Assembly: GCF_001194135.2 (NCBI RefSeq)
Contig: NC_068988.1
Coordinates: 50,124,681-50,184,804 of the forward strand
Length of the DNA: 60,124 nt
From: Octopus bimaculoides
Lineage: Eukaryota
Direction of reading: 5' to 3'
Both the position numbers and the translations under genes were made by a program. Each line of letters starts with the position of its first letter. Within the stretch, counting starts at the first letter, position 1. This document shows, piece after piece, positions 12,116-25,022 of this stretch. The notes under the pieces are model-generated. The model had not been told where the DNA came from, did no database searches, and saw only the letters and a program-made list of their open reading frames with translations.

Positions 12116-12715
12116 ATATATATATATATATATGGGAGAATATACGAAAAAACAACAACAGNNNNNNNNNNNNNNNNNNNNNNNNNNNNNNNNNNNNNNN
12201 NNNNNNNNNNNNNNNNNNNNNNNNNNNNNNNNNNNNNNNNNNNNNNNNNNNNNNNNNNNNNATATATATATATATACACACACATATATACAGGTATATA
12301 TGTACATACTTCATATATATGTATATATGTATATGTATACATGTGTGTGTGTGTGTGTGTATATATGTGTGTATGCATATATATATGTATATATATATAT
12401 GTGTGTGTATGTATACACACACTTATCTTGAGTAACTTATTGATGTCTTTACAAAGCGATTATATATCATCAGTCATGTCACTTTGAAGTGGAATGATGG
12501 TCATATTTGTTACAAGCCATAATGTTTTAAATTCTATGGCTAAGTTAGAATAATTCCTTAGAATTCTTTTGCAGCTCACTTCTACAGTACATGGTATCAC
12601 TGAAGATGGAGACTAGCAAAGTCATTAGATTGTCAGATACAATTTCATGCAGTGTTTGTTCCAGTTCTACAGACATTAAGTTCAAAGCCCATCTTTTCCT
12701 TTCGTCCTTTCACAG

Positions 12716-13700
12716 GTGATTGATAATAAAGTAACAGTCCATGATTCTAGGTTGGTGAAATTGTCAGAATGTGAGATTAGATCCCTTATCATATCTGTCC
12801 TAGTTGTTGGTGCTCTGAATTTAAACTCTTCCTAGGCGCTGAAAGCCCAATGAACTATCTGACCAAAGGAACACAGTATCCTATCCAACCTGAAACTTAC
12901 CACGATGACTAGGTAGGCCTATAGTTAAGCATAATTACATGGAGACACAACCTGGTCCTCAAGGTTATTTTCAATGTTATAAAGAACCAAATTGATCTCA
13001 ACAGTGGAAAAAAACTGTTGAAAGTACCAACTAGAGATTTCATTACCTTCATGTGCTCAGGACAGCAGATCCATTTCAAGAAGAAGAAAAAAACTTCCTG
13101 TGAGCGATGAAAAGTGGACCAGCTATTGGGAAGGGATTTCAGATTTACCAGGGTGCCAGGGACTCTTTCTCATCTCAGTTATGAAAAAACCAGACATTTT
13201 AATAGGGTGTGAAAGAAAAGAAGTGGTAAATCTAGTCGAGTTAATGGTTCCACATGAAGATAACATGGACACCGCTCGTGCTCGAAAGATTGACCATAAT
13301 GTAAACCTCCTCAAGGAATGTGAAGATGCAGGCTGGAAAGCGGAGCATTTTCCAACCGAAGTCGGGTGCAGAGGATTTGTTGGACACAGTATGAGGCGAA
13401 TGTTGTTATTGTTCAGCCTAACTCATAATAAAGTAAACACCACCATGATCGATATCCAAACTACAGTGGAAAAGGCAAGCCACTGGATTTGGTTAAAAAG
13501 AGATGATGAGCGATGGCTAGAAGAATATTAAGCTTTATTCGATAACCAGTTAATCCAGCAAGCGGGACCTCATATCAGTGAGGTGGGGCCAGTGTACAAT
13601 GATACCATCAAGAGGTAGGCCCCAAAGTGGCGCACATTCTCTCTTGATGACCCCATACACGTGCTGGCTTCCAGTATGCAGAGCTTTCGAATGGTAGCAC
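12716..13700 (+). mobile_element. 5'-truncated, decayed non-LTR retrotransposon with restriction-like endonuclease (HERO/NeSL group)
   Basis: Frameshifted EIRSLIISV...WRHNLVLKVI followed by ORF 13100-13531 with KPDILI...ELMVPHEDNM...RK...GWKAEHFPTEVGCRGFVG...ASHWIWLKR, the PD-(D/E)xK RLE C-terminus typical of HERO elements; 3'UTR with short hairpins (13567-13584, 13606-13649). Confidence 0.88.
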
Positions 13701-14254
13701 TTGCATGTGCAAGTTGTTTGCAAAACATTTACTACAATGGTAATTTGAGCCTTGAGTACTAGAGTAATAAAATATAACCTACAAGATTTCAGTAAAGAAG
13801 AATGGAATTTGTAACTCATTTTACTTGGATAAGAGTTATATTATAACCTTCAGCAAAAACAAAACTGTTTGTTAGACAACAAACCCAAGCAGGAAGAGAA
13901 AATGACATTTCAGGAACACTGACAGGTTGAACACCACGTTCATGTGCTAAAATGTTCACATGCCAAAAACTATTGTTCATCTTATCCCTCACAGATTGTC
14001 GAAGGCAAATTAAAAATAATGTCTTAGTGGCATGATAGTTAGGAGAATATCATTTATCGTCAAATAATATTAGGTTTGTTATGCGTAAGCTATTTTTATC
14101 AATTTTATCAATAAGAAAAGTAGATTGGCAAAATTAATTAAAGAACCAACAATAAATTGATTTTTACTTTTAATTCTTCCAGGGTCAGTAAATAATTTCC
14201 TCAAACATTGCAGTTATGTGCTTAACCTTGAAATCATTATTAATTAGTGTTGTA

Positions 14255-15010
14255 AGGTGATGAGCTGGAAGAATCGTTTGCACACTGGGCAAAATGCTTA
14301 GTGATAATATTTCTTGTCTTTATATTCTGAGTTCGAATTCTGCCAAGGATGACTTTGCCTTTTGTACTTTCAGGGTCTATAAAACAAGTACAGGTCATCG
14401 TCTTTTGTACTTTCAGGGTCTATAAAACAAGTACAGGTCATTGTCTTTTGTACTTTCAGGATCTGTAAAACAAGTACAATTCGTCATCGACTTACAACCA
14501 CAAGTGGTTCCGATTGACTGGTCGTAAGTCGATTTGGTTATAAGTCAGCCTGTAGGTTTACATAGCTTTGTTTTATACTTTTACATTCTTAAGGTATTCT
14601 CAGGTAAAAATCGCACACACCATTCTGTATTATACTACAACAGTGTTATTTGTTCATAGAAAAGTACCAAAGAATGCAAACACAAAAGATACACAATGTA
14701 GTGTAAGAAACAGTTGCCAAAACTTACACAAAAATTTATTGTAGATTGATGCTTGACTGTGGATCTTCGATGTCATTTGTTAGCTGACATCATCCCTAGA
14801 TGGGTTCATTTCTAAGAAATTAAACCCATTGGATTTCAACTGGACTATTTATTATTGCTGCCGGGAGCTGGCACGCCAATCGTCATAAAGTCAATTGGTC
14901 GAAAGTCAGATAGGTCGTAAGTTGACGACAACCTGTACCAGCTGAACATTGTTGCCAATGTAATTGATTAGCACCTCCCCACAAAATTTCAGGTCTTGTT
15001 CCTCTGACCT
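14255..15010 (+). mobile_element. Type A SINE interrupted by a MITE
   Basis: Head at 14255, B box GAGTTCGAATTC about 14329; family sequence AAGTA|CCAG resumes at 14938 after the MITE. Confidence 0.75.
14477..14935. mobile_element. Tigger/pogo-like MITE
   Basis: Imperfect TIRs CAATTCGTCATCGACTTACAACC / GGTCGTAAGTTGACGACAACCTG, flanked by TA at 14475-76 and 14936-37. Confidence 0.75.
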
Positions 15011-15627
15011 TGAAATCATTATTAATTTGTATTATAAGGCAGTGTGCTGGTAGACCCATTAGTATGCTGGACAAAATGCTGAGTGACATTTTGTCTGTCT
15101 CTATGTTCTGACTTCAAATTCTGCAAATGCTAACTTAGTCTTTCATCTTTTCAGGGGTCACTGAAATAAGTACTGGTTAAGCAATGTGGTAGATGTAACT
15201 GATAAGCCTCCTCCCACAAAATTCCAGGCCTTGTGCCTAACCTTGAAATCATTATGAATGTTAGGATATGACATGGTTAGAAATAATAAATTATTGGTAT
15301 TAATAACTTAAAGTGTTCAGTTTCAACTTTCTACATTCTGAGTTCAAATTACCACAAATTATTTGACTTGTTTAGTAACTGGTGATATTGAAGAAAGAAT
15401 ATCCAGACAAAAGAACTGCTTAGTTTTGTTCTCTTTCATTCAGATTTCCCATCCTGGTTAAGTAGTTTCTTGCATTTTGCTCTCTAGTTTGATGAAATAA
15501 GCATTGTTCTTATATTTATGTGAATTCATCTGAGTATAGTACGGCCCTTCATTTCCCCACACTATAGAATTAATGGCCTGCAAATAAAGTTAAGTTATTG
15601 GAGAGTGCAAGAATATATGATCTACAT

Positions 15628-15783
15628 TGTCTGTCTTTACATTCTGAGTTCAAATTCCCCTAAGGTCGACTTTGCCTTTCATCCATTTGGAGTCGATAAA
15701 TTAAGTATCAGTTGTGTACCAGGGTTTAATCTAATCAACTGGCCCCTTGCTCAAAAATTTGGGGCCTTGTGCCTAGAGTAGAA
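15628..15783 (+). mobile_element. 5'-truncated type A SINE with 19-bp TSD
   Basis: AAGAATATATGATCTACAT at 15609-15627 and 15784-15802. Confidence 0.9.
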
Positions 15784-15905
15784 AAGAATATATGATCTAC
15801 ATCAATAAGCAGTGCACTGTCATGGAGCAGTTTGCATGATTGTGGATTTTGGTATAAGTTCGAACGGTCTGTTAAAGATTAAATTTGTATGTATGTTTGT
15901 ATGTA

Positions 15906-16120
15906 TCTTTTATATTTTAATTGTTTCTATCATTAGACTGCGACCATACTGGAGCACCACCTTGAAGCACTTTTAGTGAAATGAATCGACCCCAGTACTT
16001 TTCCCTTCTTAAATCTAGTACTTATTCTATCTGTCTCTTTTGTCAAACTGCTAAGTCACATGATATGTAAACACACCAACAACAGTTGTCAAGCAGTGGT
16101 GGGGGACAAACACAGATACA

Positions 16121-16165
<45 letters not shown>

Positions 16166-16285
16166 ATATACATGATGGGCTTCTTTTAGTTTCCTCTACC
16201 AAATCCACTCAGAAGGTTTTGGTCAGCCCAAGGCTATAATAGAAGACACTTGCCCAAGGTGCCACACAGTGGGACTGAACCCAGA
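15906..16285 (-). mobile_element. CORE-like SINE (type B), full length with internal (CA)n
   Basis: Reverse complement of the 28325-29091 architecture. Confidence 0.85.
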
Positions 16286-17113
16286 ACTATATGGTATGTA
16301 TGTATGTATGTATGTATGTATGTATGTATGTATGTATGTATGTATGCATTAATGCAGAATAAGAAAAAAAAACAAATATACTCTAAGCTAGAATTAAAGC
16401 TTTATTAATTTAATTTGATTAATTGCTTTGTCTGTTTGATTTTCACATCTGCAAGTCTGCAGGCGAATACTTTATACTAGTCACATTCTAACAACACCAA
16501 ATTATAGCCATTTCTAAACCTTAACAATTCTGAAATGAAATATGATGGTGGATGACAGAAGACAGAGGAAAACTTTGCTTTCAGCCACATCTTGCTTTTA
16601 TAAACCAAGACTTCTACCAAATTCCTCTGTGTACACACAAACAAGACACACACCCACACCATCACCCTGGATAGACACTAACTGTCTCAGTCACCTCATT
16701 CTGTTCCACTCCACCTCCCGGCTACCTAAAATGTTCTTATGTAGATATTGTTTCTCTACATGACCTTTGTGTCTCCATGTGACCTTTTACTTGTTTGAAG
16801 TGGATCAAGTGTTTTTTTTCTGGGGGTTTTTTGTGGATTTTTTTTTGGTTTTTATTTTGATTTGTTTCTAAGTTGAGGCTACATTGTGGGTGCCAAATAT
16901 AAAGTTAAACCCAGATGTATTGTCTTATAGATACACACACACACACACATATTATATATATATATATACATGTATGTATGTGTGTGTGTGTGTGTGTGTG
17001 GATATATATATATATATATATATACATAGATGTATATATATACACACACACACATATATAAACATATCTACATGTATATATATACATATATATTGTATAC
17101 ATGCATATACATA

Positions 17114-17157
<44 letters not shown>

Positions 17158-17285
17158 CACATATATATATACATATGTATGTACATACACACATATCGAA
17201 TTGTGTGTGTCCATCCATACATAATTATGTGCATACATACATACATACATACATACATACATACATGCATACATACATACATACA

Positions 17286-17316
<31 letters not shown>

Positions 17317-17808
17317 GTAAATATTTGTGCAGATGTGTTTGTCGTGTATGCGTGTGATTTTGAGTGTATATGTATGAGTGCTTATGCATGTGTGTCTAAT
17401 AGGCCTCCAATTCTGTTTTATATATAATTCAGCAGTACAAGACCCAGAAATCTTTCAAATAAACAAACAAGAATAAGAACTATCAATGTGATGTGAATAA
17501 AAGAGCATCTTCTCTTCATATAATGCAGCACTGACATTTTTCACAGAACTATTGAGGTGTTGTTTTGTTTGTGTGTTTAGTTTTGGATTAGAACAAAGAA
17601 GGGATAAACTCCATAAATAAATCTCAGAACACTTTTGGTATGGAACCAATCATTTGTTTAATTCAAACCACGGTGGTGTCCACCAAGTCTTGGCGGTCTC
17701 CTTGTCAACAACTAACTCAATATCAACAAAGCATTCAGAGTGTGTATTTCTTAATGTTCATACATGAATGTGTGTGTGTGTTTATTATACGAGTGTATGT
17801 ATGTGTGT

Positions 17809-17850
<42 letters not shown>

Positions 17851-18225
17851 ATATATATATATATATANNNNNNNNNNNNNNNNNNNNNNNNNNNNNNNNN
17901 NNNNNNNNNNNNNNNNNNNNNNNNNNNNNNNNNNNNNNNNNNNNNNNNNNNNNNNNNNNNNNNNNNNNNNNNNNNNNNNNNNNNNNNNNNNNNNNNNNNN
18001 NNNNNNNNNNNNNNNNNNNNNNNNNNNNNNNNNNNNNNNNNNNNNNNNNNNNNNNNNNNNNNNNNNNNNNNNNNNNNNNNNNNNNNNNNNNNNNNNNNNN
18101 NNNNNNNNNNNNNNNNNNNNNNNNNNNNNNNNNNNNNNNNNNNNNNNNNNNNNNNNNNNNNNNNNNNNNNNNNNNNNNNNNNNNNNNNNNNNNNNNNNNN
18201 NNNNNNNNNNNNNNNNNNNNNNNNN

Positions 18226-18334
18226 AGATTGGAGCCTGGTGTAGCCATCTGGTTTCACCAGTCTTCAGTCAAATCGTCCAACCCATGCTAGCATGGAAAG
18301 CGGACATTAAACGACGATGATGATGATGATGATG
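18226..18334 (+). mobile_element. 3' end of (GAT)n-tailed retroposon
   Basis: AGATTGGAGCCTGGTGTAGCCATC...CATGCTAGCATGGAAAGCGGAC..AAACGACGATGATGATG; matches 57550-57665. Confidence 0.85.
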
Positions 18335-18362
18335 ATATATATATATATATGTATGTATATAT

Positions 18363-18403
<41 letters not shown>

Positions 18404-19914
18404 TATATGTATATATGCATACATATATATATGTATGTATGTATATGTGTATGTATATATATATATATATATGTATAAATAATACAGAATGGGACAAGGA
18501 CGCAAAACATCCAGACAGGTGATACAAGAAAGGGACAAAACATACAGATAGATGATACAAAGAAAACATGGACAGGTCATTCGGAGTTTTCTCTCTTCAG
18601 TCGAGATCCAGATTGTCAACAATCTCCGTGTGAATTTTTTAAGCTGAGAACCCCCCTGTATAAATGTGTAACAAACCTTTTAATTAGGGGAGGATCCCAG
18701 AAAAGGGCTGAATCAAGATAACAGCTTCAGCAATGTTACCAGAGATGAGAGTGCTATTTATTTATCATATTGTAACATCATCATCATCATCATCATTATA
18801 ATTATTTTATTTTTCATTATCCTTTTTCTTGAGAAGGTTTCAGCTAAAGCTAAGAAGGTGTCTCACTCCCTGAGGACTAATTCTGTGATGGACACCACAA
18901 CTGGTTTTCTAAGTGCCTGTGATAGTTATTTGGTTGGTCATATTCTAGGTTTATCTGTCTTCTTGATAAGTATTGGTTTTGTCCTGCTGGGTCTTTAAGC
19001 ATTCTTCTCACTAGGATTCTGGTTTAGTTGTCAACGCTTTGGACATGCAACAGAGTGAAGTAGATAAAGAAAATACCATGTGAGCCAATAGCATGAAGTC
19101 AAGAAATGATTTACCCAATGTTCTATGTAAAAATTTCTTAACTAATTAAAAGTTCCATTAACTTATGAATTCATGTCATTGGCCTTCTAGAGTTATTACC
19201 CTTACGTCATTTTATAAAAATGAGAGATTCTGGCATTGAAAGAATGCATAAATGTCTTCTTTATTTTCATATATAAAGGCTGTTTATTTTTCGATACAAT
19301 GAAATACATACATACATACATACACACACACACATGTATATATATATAAATATATTTGTGTACGATAGATAAAGTAGTGAGTGAAAGGGCTATATGTATA
19401 TATATATATATATAATCTTAAGCAGCAGGTTTTGTATTGAGACCACATTCAATGTTGTGATAAGCAGACTGGGGTGCTCCAACTTCCTGTCAAAGTACAT
19501 GATACTTTCTCAGTATGTGAAAAGTGTAACTGTTTTCTTATCTGTCATCTTATATTTACATGTATCAGTATATATATATATATATATATATATACATACA
19601 CACACACACACATATATATGTACGTATGTTTAGTTACGTATTTATGGAACTGTATGCATATATATGTGTATATATTTATATATGTATGTGTGTGTGTGTA
19701 TGTACACACACACACACACACAATTGTGTTACATTCACTTTTCATTTTACATACTGGCATGTGTTGGATGGAATGGCACGGTTTGAGTCAGCACATATTC
19801 AGAGTGCTTCCGGAGCCATCTAGAAGGGGTCAGGGGTTCACAGTTCACTTGTGCATTTCATTCATATGTATGTATGTATATATACATATTCCTCATTCAA
19901 TACTTGTTCTCCAT

Positions 19915-20520
19915 AAAGAGGCAAGCTGGCAGAAACGTTAGCGTGCAGGGCGAAATGTTTCTGAGTTCTGAGTTCAAATTCCGCCGAAATCAACTTTGCC
20001 TTTCATCCTTTCGGGGTTGATAAATTAAGTACCAGTTACACACTGGGATCGATGTAATCGACTTAATCCCTTTGTTTGTCCTTGTTTGTCTCCTCTATGT
20101 TTAGCCCCTTGTGGGAAATAAAGAAATAAGAAATATTAGCACACCAGGCGAAATGCTTAGCGGTATTGTGTTTGTCTTTACGTTCTGAGTTCAAATTCAG
20201 CCGAGGTTGACTTTGCCTTTCATCCTTTCGAGGTCNNNNNNNNNNGTAATCGACTTAATCCCTTTGTTTGTCCTTGTTTGTCTCCTCTATGTTTAGCCCC
20301 TTGTGGGAAATAAAGAAATAAGAAATATTAGCACACCAGGCGAAATGCTTAGCGGTATTGTGTTTGTCTTTACGTTCTGAGTTCAAATTCAGCCGAGGTT
20401 GACTTTGCCTTTCATCCTTTCGAGGTCAATAAATTAAGTACCAGTTGCGTGCTGGAGTCGATCTAATCAACTGGCCTCCTCCCCCAAAATTTCAGGCCTT
20501 GTTCCTAGAGTAAAAAAGGA
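19915..20520 (+). mobile_element. Tandem type A SINEs (partly duplicated across a 10-N gap)
   Basis: Repeated B box and central domain; 20054-20235 identical to 20246-20427. Confidence 0.85.
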
Positions 20521-20653
20521 TATTTGTTCGCTGTGCTGAATTCAACGTAAACATTCTCAAACACACACACACATACACATACCCACACATGCACACACAC
20601 ACACACACACACGATCTCTTGACATTGATATGCTCTTAATAAACAAGATTGTT

Positions 20654-20705
20654 GTAGTAGTAGTAGTAGTAGTAGGAGTAGTAGTAGTAGTAGTAGTAGT
20701 AGTAG

Positions 20706-20754
<49 letters not shown>
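20654..20754. repeat. (GTA)n microsatellite
   Basis: Direct reading. Confidence 0.95.
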
Positions 20755-20755
<1 letters not shown>

Positions 20756-21205
20756 TGTGCGATATTTACATACACACACATATATAACAACTGCAACGTG
20801 CTCTCTGCCTCCTCCTCCTCCTCCTCCACCTTTTACTACTACTACTACTACTACTATCCCACACTTCTTTCCTCTTTGTCAAGCATACACCTGTGTCAAT
20901 GTCAAAAGGTTCTCATTGTTGTGGAGTCTCTCTCTTCACATTTCAACAGGAAAACAAGCCTAAATTTGTGGGTGAATGTGCAATATACAATGCTGTAAGT
21001 ACTGTATGTATGTATGTGTATGTTGGCATGCATGTATAAAATGGTTTATGGGTGTGTGTGTGTTAGGTGTGTTTACATAATCTGAACTTGTGCCTATGTT
21101 AAATAGAGTGTGGTTGATATGTACTCTTGGAGTACAGTGGTGGGGAGTACTTGGGTGTGCATCACAGAGAGAGAAAAAGTGAGACTGAGACTGTATGTGT
21201 ATGTG

Positions 21206-21243
<38 letters not shown>

Positions 21244-21971
21244 TTACTTGTGTTGATTCTTGTGATATCGTATCTAGTGTTGTGGTGAAATATTGTGTGT
21301 TAAATGTGGTTTGTGTGTGTGTATGTATGTGTATGTAGGTGTGTGTATGTACGTGTGTATGTGTGTGTGTGTGAATGTGTGTGCGTGTGTATGTACATGT
21401 GTGTGTGTGTGTGTGCATGCATGTACGTATGTGTGTGAGTATAGTTGTCTGGGTGTGTTCTGTGTCTGTATGTGTATGTGTGTATGTGTGTGAGTGTGTG
21501 TGTCTGTGTGGTTGTGTATGCATGTGTGTGGTGTGTGTACTACTAAAATGTAAGGGATCTTTCTTTGTATGATATAGCAGAAATTTAGATTTAAGGTGTC
21601 CCTTGAGTGATTTTAAGAGTGCAGATACAATGTATGTGTATGTAATGTGTGTGTATGTGTGTGTGTTGCATAACTTAATTATATTACAGACTTAAAACAT
21701 GTAGATACAAGATATTGTACAAGTGACCCATGTGAATAGCTGGGCATTATGAGGATGAGCTATTGAAAGCTAGAGAGACACTATTGTGGACATGTGATGT
21801 TAGCGGATAAACATGTAGCTGTGATATGTTTGCAGTGGAAGGTATTAGCAGAAAACGAATGATGGGATCAAATCTCAGGATGTTGAGGCTCACATGTAAG
21901 ATGATACAAGACTGAAACCAACTATCTGTATACTGTCAAGGCCAAATACAGCTTATATAGGCTTATTACAT

Positions 21972-22354
21972 GGAGGTGCAATGGCCCAATGGTTAGGGCA
22001 GTAGACTCACGGTCATAGGATCGCGGTTTCAATTCCCAGACTGGGCGTTGTGAGTGTTTATTGAGTGAAAGCACCTAAAGCTCCACGAGGCTCCGGCAGG
22101 GGATGGTGGCGAACCCTGCTGTACTCTTTCACCACAACTTTCTCTCACTCTTACTTCCTGTTTCTGTTGTGCCTGTAATTCAAAAGGTCAGCCTTGTCAC
22201 ACTGTCACGCTGAATATCCCTGAGAACTACTTTAAAGGTACACGTGTCTGTGGAGTGATCAGCCACTTGCACATTAATTTCACAAGTAGGCTGTTCCGTT
22301 GATCGGATCAACTGGAACCCTCGACGCCGTAAGTGACGGAGTGCCAACATAACA
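21972..22354 (+). mobile_element. Full-length tRNA-derived SINE (type D; resembles octopus OR-type SINEs from memory)
   Basis: tRNA-like head GGAGGTGCAATGGCCCAATGGTTAGGGC...GGTTTCAATTCCC, (ACA)-type tail, 13-bp TSD TAG(G/A)CTTATTA(C/T)A at 21958-21970 and 22355-22367. Confidence 0.88.
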
Positions 22355-22526
22355 TAGACTTATTATACAGTAGGCCAAAAATTGGTTGGAGCCATAAAAA
22401 TGTATCACCAGGGGCAGACTGTCTTACTCACACTGCCCTTAGCTATGTTACTGTGTTAAGAAGTTCTATCTGAAACACACCTAGTTCTGGGTTCAATCCC
22501 ACTGTACAGCAACTTGAACAATCTTC

Positions 22527-22700
22527 ATGATCATCATCATGCATCCATTTTCCATACAGGCATGGATTGGCTGGTTTGACAGGGGTTGGCAACCTGGAGG
22601 GCTACACGAGGCTCTTGTTGCCTGTTTTTGACATTGTTTCAACAGCTGGATGCCCTTCCTAATGCCAACCACTTTTCAGAGTGTACTGGGTACATTTTAA
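22527..22700 (-). mobile_element. (GAT)n-tailed retroposon 3' fragment
   Basis: CATCATCAT...TTCCATACAGGCATGG...CAGCTGGATGCCCTTCCTAATGCCAACC. Confidence 0.75.
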
Positions 22701-23361
22701 GCGGTGTTGCTATGGGAGCTTTATTGTGGCACTGGCACATGTGCTTTTTACATGGTGGTGGCACAATGTGTTTATTATTTTTTGTTGTGCAGCCCTAGGT
22801 TAACCAGTCTTATAACATGCAAACAGTTGGCTGAATGATGGAATGATGCAGAATATACTGTTTTTTGTTCTTTGCAGCTTTTTGTTGTTTTCACTGGGGT
22901 GACTGGAGCCCCAAAGTCAGACCAACATAATCCATTATAGATTTAATGCATTGTTAGTTTATTTTTCTTTAGCATGTCATTTTTATAATTATTCACTCTA
23001 TCTTCTAACAATTTGATGGACAGAAACTGTCTGGAAGCTCATTATACATATANNNNNNNNNNNNNNNNNNNNNNNNNNNNNNNNNNNNNNNNNNNNNNNN
23101 NNNNNNNNNNNNNNNNNNNNNNNNNNNNNNNNNNNNNNNNNNNNNNNNNNNNNNNNNNNNNNNNNNNNNNNNNNNNNNNNNNNNNNNNNNNNNNNNNNNN
23201 NNNNNNNNNNNNNNNNNNNNNNNNNNNNNNNNNNNNNNNNNNNNNNNNNNNNNNNNNNNNNNNNNNNNNNNNNNNNNNNNNNNNNNNNNNNNNNNNNNNN
23301 NNNNNNNNNNNNNNNNNNNNNNNNNNNNNNNNNNNNNNNNNNNNNNNNNNNNNNNNNGGGG

Positions 23362-23569
23362 GGGGGGGTACTGAAAAGTTCCTGCGTGTTGTGAAAGGCC
23401 TGGTTGAAGGCTCAACCTTCCAAGTTCTTTTACAGGGCTTAGAAAAACTGAAGGACTGCTGTAGTAAGTGTGTGAATCTGAGTGAGGAATATGTTGAATA
23501 AAATTATAATTAACTGATTCTTCTGCGTTTTCTTTTACCCAATACCAGGAACTTTTCAGCACACCCTCA
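23362..23569 (+). mobile_element. Mariner deletion derivative (MITE)
   Basis: TIRs GGGGTACTGAAAAGTTCC / GGAACTTTTCAGCACACCC; internal LQGLEKLKDCCSKCVNLSEEYVE* resembles the mariner transposase C-terminus. Confidence 0.8.
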
Positions 23570-23585
23570 TGTGTGTGTGTATGTG

Positions 23586-23617
<32 letters not shown>

Positions 23618-24082
23618 CGTGTGTGTGAGAGAGAGTGTGTATGCACATGCACGCACATACATCTGTATCCTTGTCTCTGTCCCCATGCCCACACTTAACA
23701 AGCAGTGTTGGTTTGTTTGCATCCCTATAACCTACTTGTTTGACAAAAGAGACTTATAGAATAAGTACCAGGTTTTAAAAAAAGAAAGGCCACAAAGTAC
23801 TAAGGGGTCGATTTATCCAATGAAAATCCTTTAAGGTCGTGCTCCTGCATGACCACAGTTCAATGACTGAAATAAAGGATGATCAAGCAGACCTGTGATC
23901 AAAGATATTCCACTCATGACCAGCCCATCTATTATTCAGTCAAACAGTAGGACTACATAATCCTTTTAATGTCTCCATTTTTGAGACACTAGGATATGTG
24001 AAGTATGTTATGTGTTAGTTTCATCCCTCTAATTCCTTCTATGGATCTTGTTTAATATCAATTTCTCTCTTTGTCTTTCCAG

Positions 24083-24107
24083 CTTGGAGCTGTCATTGGA
24101 ATCTCAG
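24083..24107 (+). CDS. Candidate 25-nt micro-exon (phase 0 to 1; LGAVIGIS)
   Basis: Acceptor TTTCTCTCTTTGTCTTTCCAG, donor CAG|GTAAAT; frame-compatible with exon 8522-8692 and 36418-36444. Confidence 0.55.
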
Positions 24108-24204
24108 GTAAATATTTGTTACTTATTTTCATATTTTTTTGTTTTTCTTTTGGGGGGAATCGGTAGAGCTATGAACAAAATGCTTTACAATATTTAGTCA
24201 TTAC

Positions 24205-24417
24205 AAAGTGGTGAGCTGGCAGAAACATTAGCACACCGGGCGCATTGCTTAGCAGTATTTTATCTGTCTTTACATTCTGAGTTCAAATTCCGCTGAGATC
24301 AACTTTGCCTTTTATCTTTTAAGGGGGCGATAAATTAAGTAACAGTTGTGTACTGGGATCGACCTAATCAACTGGTCCCCTCCCCAAAAATTTCGGGCCT
24401 TGTGCCTAGAGTAGAAA
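24205..24417 (+). mobile_element. Full-length type A SINE with 18-bp TSD
   Basis: ACAATATTTAGTCATTAC at 24187-24204 and 24418-24435. Confidence 0.9.
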
Positions 24418-24584
24418 ACAATATTTAGTCATTACTCTTTATCTCCTGAGTTCAAATTCCGCTGGGTTTGTGTGAATTTATTTATACTAGGGATTTATTC
24501 ATTCAGCTGAAGCCCTCTCATATAATTCCATTGTTTGATAAACTGTAAGAAATTATTATTTCATTATTATTAGCATTCTCTCTA

Positions 24585-25022
24585 AGGCAGAATCATTAGC
24601 ATGCTGGACAAAATGCTTAGAGGTATTTCACCCATCCTGAGTTCAAATTCCGCCAGGGTCGACTTTGCCTTTCATCCTTTTGGGGTCGATGGAATAAGTA
24701 CCAGTGAAATACTGAGGTCAATGTGATTGACTAGTCCCCTTCCCCAAATTTCAGGCCTTGTGCCTTTAGTAGAAAGGATTATTAGTATTCAGTCTAAGGT
24801 GATGAGCTGGCAGAATCGTTAGCACACCTAGCATAATGATTAGTGACGTTTCGTCCATCTTTATGTTCTTGAGTTCAAATTCAGCCAAAGTTGAATTTGC
24901 CTTTCGTCATTTCAGGGTCAGTAAAATAAGTACAAGTTGAACATTGATTGGGAGGGGGGGTCGATGCAACTGACTTACCCCTCCCTCAAATTTGCTGGCA
25001 TTGTGCCAAAATTTGAAACCAT
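24585..25022 (+). mobile_element. Two tandem type A SINEs
   Basis: Two heads, B boxes and tails joined by an ATTATTAG spacer. Confidence 0.85.

Noticed and set aside
12716-12730. 15-nt phase-0 micro-exon candidate (VIDNK)
   Set aside because: Weak donor (GTAACA) and the peptide is in frame with the HERO relic, so it is better explained as transposon sequence.
15444-15456. 13-nt exon candidate; also weak symmetric candidates at 27727-27768 and 42416-42433
   Set aside because: Donors are weak (GTTAAG, GTTAAT, GTAATG); such matches are expected by chance in long introns.
18575-18615. CTGAAGA-GAG-AAAA-CTC-CGAAT on the minus strand
   Set aside because: No GAAA box in register and no adjacent stem I; too degenerate to call a hammerhead.
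20054-20427. Exact 182-bp direct duplication either side of a 10-N gap
   Set aside because: Identity across a minimal gap is the signature of unmerged contig overlap rather than biology.
21972-22045. tRNA-like sequence
   Set aside because: It is the head of a SINE with body, tail and TSD; the acceptor stem does not close, so not called a tRNA gene.
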